Below the pieces are notes generated by a model. The model ran no database searches and was not told the origin of the DNA. It worked only from the letters and a program-made list of their open reading frames with translations. The translations under genes and the position numbers were made by a program. DNA of 64,000 nucleotides, from NCBI GenBank assembly GCA_964564625.1, contig CAZMBE010000001.1:33143-97142 (forward strand). The letters are read 5' to 3'. Source of the DNA: an uncultured Syntrophaceae bacterium (lineage in GTDB: Bacteria > Desulfobacterota > Syntrophia > Syntrophales > UBA2185). Each line of letters starts with the position of its first letter. The first letter of the stretch is position 1. Below are positions 28,952 through 37,231 of the stretch, in pieces.

Positions 28952-30040
28952 TCATGACTTCAGATTCTCTCTCTGATTTATATCATTTTGAGCCTTTTCA
29001 TAGTCTACATGTTGGCCAATATCCACCCAGTATTCAATAATAGGGAAACTTATCACATTACGCCCCGCATCTAAAAGGCACTGGATTAAATCTGTCATGT
29101 TGAAATGCTCACCGTTAGGAATAAACTTGTAAACTGCTGGCTCTAATAGATAGATTCCTGCGTTGACAAGAAAACTTTTTTGCGGTTTTTCATTTAAAGC
29201 ACATACACGCGGCCCATCGCATTCTACCACGCCATAGGGTACTTGCATACTATATTGTCTGACTGCTACAGTCATGTCTGCAAGATGGTCCTGGTGGTAG
29301 GACAGCATGCCTCTGAAATCAACCTGCGTTATAATATCGCCATTGATCACCAATACGGGTTCGGTAGGCTTGGACATAAGCCCCAGTGCGCCGGCCGTGC
29401 CGAGCGGCCGATCTTCGTTGACATAACACAACTCAACCCCAAAATCTTTCCCGTCTCCAAAATGCTCGGTTATCTTTTCAGATTTATAGAGCGTGGTTAC
29501 ATGAACGCGTGTAATTCCGGCTTGCCGCAATTGCTCAATCGTCCTTTCCATCAGCGGTTTACCGCCTACCGGAAGCATCGGTTTCGGCAGATCATCAGTA
29601 AGAGGGCGCAGGCGATTACCGAGACCGCCTGCCATAATAACCGCCGACATTGAAGCAGGCTCTTCAGATATGAGGTCTCCTCGAAGCAATAGTGCGACAA
29701 CTTTTTTTTCATCATCCACAAGCGGGAGATGGTTGATCTTGAAAGGACGAGTTTGATTCATGATATGCAAAGCTTCTTCACGCGAAATATTGTGACCTGC
29801 AATGACTGGATTCATGTTTGCTATGGTAATGCATGGATCTGTGAAGGGAATATTGCGGATTATCGCACGGCGGATATCACCATCTGTGATAATTCCAACT
29901 ACTTTTCTATCCTTCTTGCATAAAATTAACGCACCAACACCAGAACGGTCAAGTATGGGAATGACGTTGGATATGGATAAAGTTGACGATATGATTGCTT
30001 TTTCTAATCGATTCCTCGCCGCTTCTATTGATATTGCCAT
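28952..30040 (-). CDS. CBS-pair + sugar-phosphate nucleotidyltransferase (PtmE-like)
   Basis: N-terminal CBS motifs (VVGIITDGDIRR; HLPLVDD) are followed by the NTP-transferase motif VIMAGGLGNRLRPLT. It sits in a NulO module. Confidence 0.75.
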   Translation of the reverse strand: MAISIEAARNRLEKAIISSTLSISNVIPILDRSGVGALILCKKDRKVVGIITDGDIRRAIIRNIPFTDPCITIANMNPVIAGHNISREEALHIMNQTRPFKINHLPLVDDEKKVVALLLRGDLISEEPASMSAVIMAGGLGNRLRPLTDDLPKPMLPVGGKPLMERTIEQLRQAGITRVHVTTLYKSEKITEHFGDGKDFGVELCYVNEDRPLGTAGALGLMSKPTEPVLVINGDIITQVDFRGMLSYHQDHLADMTVAVRQYSMQVPYGVVECDGPRVCALNEKPQKSFLVNAGIYLLEPAVYKFIPNGEHFNMTDLIQCLLDAGRNVISFPIIEYWVDIGQHVDYEKAQNDINQRENLKS

Positions 30041-30093
30041 TATGGTGACTGCCTATAATTTTGTATATTGAGAAGATTGCATAAACTTTAAGA

Positions 30094-30741
30094 TCACTTC
30101 ATTTGCTTTGCGGGAACGCCCACAACCGTTACACCCGGTGGCACATTTTTTGTGACAACCGCACCTGCACCGACAGTGGCGCCATGGCCTATTGTTACAT
30201 ACTGCAATATTGTGGCGCCAGTACCAATTAAACATTGATCGCCAATCCGGACACCCCCGGATATATTTAACCCCGGATTAAAAACGCAGAAGTCACCAAT
30301 AACTATATCGTGGCTGTACGTTGAGTTACGATTGAATTGATTAAAAGAGCCGATTTGTATGTCCGTCGTAAAAATGTTACCCGCACAGACAATATTCCCT
30401 TTCCCAAATAAAACACGCTCTTCATCCATGATGGTCTTAGGATGAAAGAGGTTTGGAAACACGACATTATTATTAAAACAGAACCTGCTGCAGATGTTAA
30501 CCATCGTTTTAGGATTTCCTATGCCTAATGCCAAGGCTATTGTGTCAGCAAATGATAATATGTAATGCTCAGAGCCAACGATTTTGTACTTTCCATTAAA
30601 GGCCCCCTCATGATCTTCACTTCGATCAATATATCCCAATATGTTCCATTGCGGTGAGATAGAAGCTCTGTTTATCTCTTCGATTAAAAAAGCCACTTCC
30701 TTGGCATGCCCACCCGCACCAATGATAAAAATATCATTCAT
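30094..30741 (-). CDS. Left-handed beta-helix N-acetyltransferase, NeuD/PglD/LegH family
   Basis: The N-terminal motif is [12 protein letters not shown]-terminal hexapeptide repeats are present ([31 protein letters not shown]). Confidence 0.8.
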   Translation of the reverse strand: MNDIFIIGAGGHAKEVAFLIEEINRASISPQWNILGYIDRSEDHEGAFNGKYKIVGSEHYILSFADTIALALGIGNPKTMVNICSRFCFNNNVVFPNLFHPKTIMDEERVLFGKGNIVCAGNIFTTDIQIGSFNQFNRNSTYSHDIVIGDFCVFNPGLNISGGVRIGDQCLIGTGATILQYVTIGHGATVGAGAVVTKNVPPGVTVVGVPAKQMK

Positions 30742-30744
30742 CTT

Positions 30745-31797
30745 TTAAACCAAATCATCCCATTCTATTTCTTCATCTGCCTGAACCTCGCGGTTTAGGG
30801 CTCGACCTATCACATAAAAATATTCATCCGGATGGATGCCCATTCCCGGCCTTTTAAAATCAATATCTTCTAATTTTAATTTGTGCCCTTTTGGAAAAGC
30901 CTTTGTTGTAACTAAACGTCGTCTGAATTTCCCCCTTTTTTCTATTTCAGCTGCATATAAATTACGAACAAAACCGCCTAAAGACAAAAATACCCTGCGA
31001 CCCTCTGTGGCAATAATGCTTAGTTCAGTAGGATCCGCTGAAATGGCATGATCCCAACCTTCCATATTTTTATCAAGAGTGAAATGTTTCTCAATTATGC
31101 AAGCACCTAAAGCAATAGCTGCTAATGGAATAGAAGTGCCAAGAGAATGATCGCTGAAGCCGACAGGCACATTAAAAATCTTTTGTAGTGAAATTATGTT
31201 GCGTAAATTGATTTCTTCATACGAAGGAGGATAAACGGCAATGCAATGTAGAAGTACAATATTTTGTGTTCCATTCTTTTTCAATATATCAGTAGCTTTT
31301 TCAATTTCTCCTAATGTGGCCATGCCTGTTGAAAGGATAACAGGTCTTTTTTTCTTGGCAACATATTCAAGAAGTAATAAATGGTTAATATCCATAGATG
31401 CAATTTTATACGCGGCCACCTTCAATTCATCCAACAAATCAACTTCTTGTCGAGTGAAGCAGCTTGAAAGAAATGTGATACCTCGCTTCCTACAATAATC
31501 TGCTACCTCGAAATGCTGTTCCCGTGTTAACTGATATTTTTCCACCATTTCTTCAAGAGAGCCGAAATGCTTCTTCTTATCGTCATAAGATGTGTTACGT
31601 TTATACTCAGCGGCTGATATAATGGATGTTTTTGACCATGACTGAAATTTCACCGCATCGGCTCCGGAGATTAATGCAGCATCTATTAAACGTTTGCATA
31701 AATCCATATCACCATTGTGGTTGGATCCAATTTCTGCGATAATGTATGGTGGTTCACCTGCACCGATTCTTCGTCCGGCAAGATTCAGCGTCTCCAT
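30745..31797 (-). CDS. Nonulosonic acid synthase, NeuB family (LegI/NeuB/PseI type) with a C-terminal SAF domain
   Basis: The ATG at 31797 is preceded by the SD ggagg. The motif PYIIAEIGSNHNGD is present. The C-terminus has a SAF-like domain. The tracked GTG at 31833 is less likely. Confidence 0.85.
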   Translation of the reverse strand: METLNLAGRRIGAGEPPYIIAEIGSNHNGDMDLCKRLIDAALISGADAVKFQSWSKTSIISAAEYKRNTSYDDKKKHFGSLEEMVEKYQLTREQHFEVADYCRKRGITFLSSCFTRQEVDLLDELKVAAYKIASMDINHLLLLEYVAKKKRPVILSTGMATLGEIEKATDILKKNGTQNIVLLHCIAVYPPSYEEINLRNIISLQKIFNVPVGFSDHSLGTSIPLAAIALGACIIEKHFTLDKNMEGWDHAISADPTELSIIATEGRRVFLSLGGFVRNLYAAEIEKRGKFRRRLVTTKAFPKGHKLKLEDIDFKRPGMGIHPDEYFYVIGRALNREVQADEEIEWDDLV

Positions 31798-32693
31798 AAT
31801 GCCTCCAGTTTGGGATGGGCAACGATATCCCACCAGATATGTGGTTCCATTATTTCATTTAAAGCCTGTAAATACTTACATAAAGTTTCTTTCGAGTTTT
31901 TGATGGAATAAAAAAATTCACTAACAATCATTCTGTTTTCATCAACCTTTAATAAATGTTGTGACTTGAGATCGTTAATATATGGTAGCAGTAAATTAAA
32001 ATGTTGGAAAACCATCTTTGTTGCATTTAATATATACTCTTCGGTGAATGGAGGTAGAATACGGGCTACATTAGCGGTATACTGGCGATAGTGCATTCGA
32101 CATTCAGGATCAAAATACATTTTGGCATCTTTTGACCACGCATTTATAGCTAAAAACCAATCAACAATCACGCACTGATCTGGTATTGGTAAACAGCGCT
32201 TCAGTATTTCTGATCGATAGGCTGTATTGGATAAACCAAAAACATTATGTTTCGGTAATATATCACATGTCTTCATATTAGCGGGTATCCCAAATAAACT
32301 GTCTAAATTGTTTCCATACTCATCAACAAGATTCATGGCACACCCGTAGACGTCATACGCTACCAAAGCATCCCTCGCGGCCTCCACCCTCGAAGGATAT
32401 AGAATATCATCGCTATCAACAAAAATAATACCGTCATAATTATTAATCATTTCCAAAATAATACGTTGGCGAATTTGTGCAGGCGTTTCTCTCCGTTTAG
32501 AAAATCTCATCGTAGCATATGGTGTGGCACCAATAGCATCGATAATGTGTTCAATATCCAGGCTATCGATACCTATCCAAAGATCAAAATTCCGATCTTT
32601 TTGTTTTAATACTGAGTCATACCAAGATGTAAGAAATTTTTCTACACCAGGATAAATAGTTGTATACAAAGCTAATCGTGCAGTTGATCTCAT
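31785..32693 (-). CDS. Uncharacterised GT-A-like (GT2-like) protein with a DSDD motif
   Basis: The N-terminus LALYTTIYPGVEKFL...DLWIGIDSLD and the segment IIFVDSDDILYP resemble the nucleotide-binding and DxD region of GT-A enzymes. The C-terminal ~130 aa is unassigned. It sits between the CMP-synthetase and NulO-synthase genes. Confidence 0.4.
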   Translation of the reverse strand: MRSTARLALYTTIYPGVEKFLTSWYDSVLKQKDRNFDLWIGIDSLDIEHIIDAIGATPYATMRFSKRRETPAQIRQRIILEMINNYDGIIFVDSDDILYPSRVEAARDALVAYDVYGCAMNLVDEYGNNLDSLFGIPANMKTCDILPKHNVFGLSNTAYRSEILKRCLPIPDQCVIVDWFLAINAWSKDAKMYFDPECRMHYRQYTANVARILPPFTEEYILNATKMVFQHFNLLLPYINDLKSQHLLKVDENRMIVSEFFYSIKNSKETLCKYLQALNEIMEPHIWWDIVAHPKLEALWRR

Positions 32694-33403
32694 ATCAAAT
32701 GCATACCCTTTAGCATAAGAATTTCAGCCAGTTTCCAATCATCCTCTGTATCAATATCAATAGCCCGATACCAAGGCATTTCCCACCCTGTATGATTAGT
32801 CGTGTAAAACGTCTTTTCCTGTCTTAGCACGTCTGCTTTGACCCACCAGATAGCACCAGTGGGGCAAAAAATCTCCGGCAAATCCTGGCTGCGCTTGGTC
32901 GTCTGCTCTTGGAAAATAGGGGTAAGCTTGTTATGATTATCCATTGCCATAGCCCACCATGGATTTTGCCATCCATATCTGGCAATGGAAATTTGTGACT
33001 CAGTATCTGTCTCAAGGAACTTACAGTAACTGTTTAATATGTCCTTTACAGATCTCAAAGGACAGTTTGCCATAAACTGCGCTATATATTCATATTGACC
33101 TCCATCGGGATCAACCCGTTCCAAGGCATCCAGTGTCACTAAGGAAACCGGTGTGTAATCGTCAGCAATCGATTCCAAGCGTATGAATGGCACCTGGGCT
33201 CCATATCTGCAAGCTATTTTCGCTATCGCCTGATCATCCGTTGAAACTAATACACTTTCAAAAACACCGCTTTCAATAGCTGCCTCTATGGTATATGCAA
33301 TGATCGGTTTTCCCAAAAAGTCACGAATATTTTTGTATGGAATCCTCTTAGATCTACCACGTGCAGGTATGACAGCCAAATTTTTATGCTTTTTAAGATT
33401 CAT
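32690..33403 (-). CDS. Acylneuraminate-type cytidylyltransferase (CMP-NulO synthetase, NeuA/LegF family)
   Basis: The N-terminus is AVIPARGRSKRIPYKNI. The protein is 237 aa. Confidence 0.8.
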   Translation of the reverse strand: MNLKKHKNLAVIPARGRSKRIPYKNIRDFLGKPIIAYTIEAAIESGVFESVLVSTDDQAIAKIACRYGAQVPFIRLESIADDYTPVSLVTLDALERVDPDGGQYEYIAQFMANCPLRSVKDILNSYCKFLETDTESQISIARYGWQNPWWAMAMDNHNKLTPIFQEQTTKRSQDLPEIFCPTGAIWWVKADVLRQEKTFYTTNHTGWEMPWYRAIDIDTEDDWKLAEILMLKGMHLI

Positions 33404-33486
33404 GTATCTTATTTTTCGGTCTTTCAGCTGCGCTAAAAGACCTTGTAAAACCTTTGCATAATGTTGGTTTAAATTTTCCCCTTATT

Positions 33487-34780
33487 GTCGGGGCCATTTT
33501 CCCGCGTCGTTGTTATTTTTTAGGTTTTATTGCTCTTTGACAACCTTGATTTCTCCCCGGATACCCCCGGAAAGGGGGCTCAGGGGATGCTCCCCCTATG
33601 TTGCAGCAATCATCTCCCGTTTTCTGAGATTCAGGACAACACGTTTAATGTTGAAGGCCATGGCTCCACAGAGATGATCCCAGTTCTCCTTGACGATGGT
33701 TGTGAACCGCGCCTTCCCGGCTCCATGATATGTATGCGTGATCCCAAAGTACTGCTCAATCTTATACCTGATCTTTGAGATTCTCTTGTTCCTCTGGATT
33801 TCAGCCTCCGTCAGAGAGGCATTGATCTGATTCTTCCTCATGATGCCGTCACGTATCCCGTTCATGTGTAAAAAGTCCCGGTTCGGTTCACCACAGTATC
33901 CCTTGTCGGCATACACCACAGGCGGCAGCGCTTTCCCGTGAATGCCTTTCGTTACGGTATAAGAAAAATACTTTGTATCATGCTCCGATGCCCTCGACAT
34001 ACAGGTGGACAATACAAGGCCACTCCCCACATCGATGGACACATGCTCCTTCATCCCGAAGACGGGTTTGTTGTGTTTCACCGTCCAGTCCGAATCAATG
34101 TCCCGCTGGAACCGCATGGCCTTCTGAGTCTTCTTTCTCATCTGCGCCCTGATCTTCCGCTTCTCTCGGAGTTCTCTGAGCTTCCTGTCACTGATGGGGC
34201 GGCTGGCCGATCTCACGACACGGGCATCCGCGGCCATGCCGGATTCAATGGAAAACCCCAGAGCATCACACTGATTCAGGAGCTCGTGATGAACCTTCTC
34301 CAGGGTCTCTTTCCTCGTGCGCTCACGAAAACGGCAGATGATTGAATGGTCCGGGGATGGCTCGCTGAAGGGTAATCCGATGAAGGCCTTGAAGGAGAAA
34401 CGATCATTGATCTGCCTCTCCAGATCAGGATCAGACTTTATCCCAAACCATTTCTGCATGAGGATCGCTTTCAGCAACATCAAGGGAGGATATGCCTTAT
34501 TCCCAAAGTCAGACTGCCCCACAGGATAGTTTTCCTGGACAATCTTCTCGATGGGATCCCAGTTAATGATGGCATCGATTTCTGAGAGGACTTGCCGGTT
34601 GCTGGAGTGGGTGACGGCTCGTTGTATTTCCATATCCAGGAATGTCGGTTTTGTATCGTATTCCTTGAATGCCATGGCGGTCTCCTTCAGCAAGAATGTT
34701 ACCGGAAGGCTACCATAAAATAATGTTATTGTCAAGTAATATCAATATGTTAAATGAATTTTAATCTAAATTCCCCCGAC
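33487..34780 (-). mobile_element. IS5-family insertion sequence (boundaries approximate)
   Basis: It contains the transposase gene. Its base composition differs from the flanks. The right limit is constrained by the end of the NeuC/LegG-like stub homology (about 34781). The only candidate terminal inverted repeat is gtcggggNNattt at 33487 and 34780, which is too short to be statistically convincing. No target-site duplication was seen. Confidence 0.6.
33596..34675 (-). CDS. IS5-family DDE transposase (InsH-like N-terminal domain + DDE_Tnp_1)
   Basis: The ATG at 34675 is preceded by the SD gaaggag. The translation reads MAFKEYDTKPTFLDM...PPLMLLKAILMQKWFGIKSDPDLERQINDRFSFKAFIG...ADKGY... with a ...YHGAGKARF... 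C-terminus typical of the IS5 group. Confidence 0.85.
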   Translation of the reverse strand: MAFKEYDTKPTFLDMEIQRAVTHSSNRQVLSEIDAIINWDPIEKIVQENYPVGQSDFGNKAYPPLMLLKAILMQKWFGIKSDPDLERQINDRFSFKAFIGLPFSEPSPDHSIICRFRERTRKETLEKVHHELLNQCDALGFSIESGMAADARVVRSASRPISDRKLRELREKRKIRAQMRKKTQKAMRFQRDIDSDWTVKHNKPVFGMKEHVSIDVGSGLVLSTCMSRASEHDTKYFSYTVTKGIHGKALPPVVYADKGYCGEPNRDFLHMNGIRDGIMRKNQINASLTEAEIQRNKRISKIRYKIEQYFGITHTYHGAGKARFTTIVKENWDHLCGAMAFNIKRVVLNLRKREMIAAT

Positions 34781-34914
34781 TCTGCCAGCGGGACTTGTGC
34801 AAAGATTTCAATCTGGCCCTTCAGATCGGAATTATTCAGAATATCCTTTATAACCCACTAGAGGCGGCCGTATTCGGCGCGTGTTCCTGGAACAAAACAG
34901 ATTTTTTCAGACAT
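34781..34914 (-). pseudogene. 5' stub of a NeuC/LegG-type hydrolysing UDP/GDP-HexNAc 2-epimerase gene, with an in-frame TAG, truncated at the IS
   Basis: Hand translation gives MSEKICFVPGTRAEYGRL*WVIKDILNNSDLKGQIEIFAQVPLAE. The KIxFVxGTRAEYG opening is the hallmark N-terminus of NeuC/LegG enzymes. The start overlaps the legC stop (ATGTCTGA). The TAG is at 34860-34858. The remaining ~330 codons are absent. Confidence 0.7.
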
Positions 34915-36088
34915 TCTCGTCTACCAGAAACGAGCTACTGGGTATATTTATGAGTCGTTTTGCTAGGTTTTCAGCACAGCCAAGCTCCATTGCCGGGCAT
35001 TTTTTGAACATGGATAATGTATGCATCAGCGTCCAGGCAGGGCGCACCATGATCCCGCTGTCGTTAGTTTTTTCAAGAATTAAGTCGCGCTTATCGCAAA
35101 GGTTCGTGTCCAGAAGAATCGTATTGAGCCAGTAATTACTCTTGGCAAAGGGGGGCTCTTTAAAGAATGTAATGCCTTTTATCTTCTGAAAAGCATTTTG
35201 ATAGCATTCTGCAAGACGCCTTTTTTGTTCCAGAAATTTTGGGAGCTGCTCCATCTGGGCGCACCCCAAGGCGGCATTGATGTTGGGAAGTCGATAGTTA
35301 TATCCGACATGATCGTGTCTATATTCCCACCGGTGGGGAATTTTTGCAGTTGATGTCAAATGCTTGGCCAGTTTGCCCAGTGCCTCATCATTGGTGATTA
35401 TCGCCCCCCCCCCTCCCGTCGTGATCGTTTTGTTTCCGTTAAAACTCAGACTGGACAATTTTCCCTGGTTTCCCGTGTGTCTTCCCTTATAGTATGAACC
35501 AAGGGATTCCGCGGCGTCTTCAATCACTTCGATTTTATATATCTTGCAGGTCTCAATGAGGGGATCGAGATCGACGGGATGCCCGAAGGTGTGCACCGGG
35601 ATGACTGCTTTGATCCTCCTTCCGGTAAATATGTTGGTGCAGCCGTTCGAATTTATCCGGGCGATGTTTTTGAGATGATCCTGAAGTTTAATAGGGTCGA
35701 GTCCCAGGGTTCTTTCTTCACTGTCCACAAAATGAGGAACGGCACCGCAATAGGTGACGGCGTTGGTAGTCGCTACAAAAGTTAACGCCGGAACCAGAAC
35801 CTCATCCCCGGTTTTAACCCCGGACAATATCAGGGCGATATGGAGGGCTGCAGTACCGTTAACCATGGCCACCGCTTTTTTAGAGCCCGTGAAGTCCGCA
35901 AGCATAGCCTCGAATTTATCCACATATTGCCCGATGTAGGAAACATAGGTAGAATCAAGACAATCCTTGAGATAAATCCATTCATTCCCGCACAAACACG
36001 GCTCATGCAGAGCGACGTGGCCTTTTTTGTCAGAAATGGCGCTTTTAATGGCGGTTATGATGGCGTTGATATCCAGTTGTGCTGTCAT
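34907..36088 (-). CDS. legC: PLP-dependent sugar aminotransferase, DegT/DnrJ/EryC1 family (LegC type)
   Basis: The PLP-lysine context is SFNGNKTITTGGGGAI. The protein is 393 aa and overlaps the upstream dehydratase gene (ATGA at 36085). Confidence 0.8.
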   Translation of the reverse strand: MTAQLDINAIITAIKSAISDKKGHVALHEPCLCGNEWIYLKDCLDSTYVSYIGQYVDKFEAMLADFTGSKKAVAMVNGTAALHIALILSGVKTGDEVLVPALTFVATTNAVTYCGAVPHFVDSEERTLGLDPIKLQDHLKNIARINSNGCTNIFTGRRIKAVIPVHTFGHPVDLDPLIETCKIYKIEVIEDAAESLGSYYKGRHTGNQGKLSSLSFNGNKTITTGGGGAIITNDEALGKLAKHLTSTAKIPHRWEYRHDHVGYNYRLPNINAALGCAQMEQLPKFLEQKRRLAECYQNAFQKIKGITFFKEPPFAKSNYWLNTILLDTNLCDKRDLILEKTNDSGIMVRPAWTLMHTLSMFKKCPAMELGCAENLAKRLINIPSSSFLVDENV

Positions 36089-37095
36089 ATATTATATTCA
36101 CCCCACTTGTATTGCCGTAAGCAATCGGGATTTGTAAACCATGTTACGGTTTCCTGCAACCCTCTTTTTAATCCTTCGACGCCGTCGTAGGCAGGTGACC
36201 ATCCCGTCAATTCTTTTACTTTCCTGTTGTCTGCCCAGAGTCGTTCCACTTCGCTATTCTCGGGTCTGACTCTTTGTAAATCACTTTCAATTGCTATATT
36301 TTCCTTCATGATCTCGGCAATGATTCTTACTGTTTCTCCGATTGATATTTCAAAATTGCTTCCGATATTTATTACTTCCCCTATGACCTGATCTGATGCT
36401 GCAACGGCAAGGAAACCATTCACCGTATCTTTCACAAAATTAAAATCCCTTGTCGGATGCAATGAGCCTAATTTTATTTTTCTGACACTGTTGGCAATCT
36501 GTATAATGACACTGGGGATAACCGCTCGAGCCGATTGTCTAGGCCCGTAGGTATTAAAAGGACGAACAATACTTACTGGCATATTGAAAGCATGGTAAAA
36601 AGACATTGCAATCTGATCCGCCCCAATTTTGCTCGCAGAATAGGGAGATTGTCCCTTTAATGGATGCTCTTCTGTAATTGGCACAAATCTGGCCGTCCCA
36701 TATACTTCACTTGTGGATGTGTGAATGACCTTGGATATTCCGAGTTCTCGTGCAGCCTGTACAATATTAAGAGTTCCTTTTACATTTGTATCGATGTAGG
36801 TATCCGGCGAATGATATGAGTAAGGGATAGAAATCAAAGCAGCAAGGTGGAAAACTACATCACACCCTTTCATGGCATGCCTGACACCATGGGGATCACG
36901 CACATCCCCTGCAATAATTTCAATACTCTTTTTAATATCCGGATCCGAATGATCAAGCCATCCCCAGGAATTAAATGAATTATACATAACAAACGCACGA
37001 ACATTGTACCCGCGTTTGACCGATTCCTCCGTCAAATGAGATCCTATAAATCCATCGGCACCAGTGATAAAAATCTTTTTATTTTTCAGGTTCAT
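36085..37095 (-). CDS. legB: NAD-dependent HexNAc 4,6-dehydratase (LegB type)
   Basis: Rossmann motif IFITGADGFIGSHL, the segment ...MYNSFNSWGWLD, and YxxxK motif (YSASK). It is the first biosynthetic gene after wzz. Confidence 0.75.
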   Translation of the reverse strand: MNLKNKKIFITGADGFIGSHLTEESVKRGYNVRAFVMYNSFNSWGWLDHSDPDIKKSIEIIAGDVRDPHGVRHAMKGCDVVFHLAALISIPYSYHSPDTYIDTNVKGTLNIVQAARELGISKVIHTSTSEVYGTARFVPITEEHPLKGQSPYSASKIGADQIAMSFYHAFNMPVSIVRPFNTYGPRQSARAVIPSVIIQIANSVRKIKLGSLHPTRDFNFVKDTVNGFLAVAASDQVIGEVINIGSNFEISIGETVRIIAEIMKENIAIESDLQRVRPENSEVERLWADNRKVKELTGWSPAYDGVEGLKRGLQETVTWFTNPDCLRQYKWGEYNI

Positions 37096-37231
37096 TAAGA
37101 CGTCTTTTCTTTCTTAGTGCTAATTCAGAACACTAATTATGAATTTGCTTTTGTTCATACTAAGCTTTTACGCATAAATAAATTAGAGCCTTTGCACAAA
37201 ATCTGACAGTTTTATATGATTTTTTTAACTA

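Noticed and set aside
33447-33462. Candidate IS terminal inverted repeat aaaacctttgcataat paired with cttgtgcaaagatttc at 34793-34808.
   Set aside because: The right-hand copy falls inside the reading frame of the NeuC/LegG stub (…IEIFAQV…). It is host gene sequence, not an IS end, and the match is only about 12/16.
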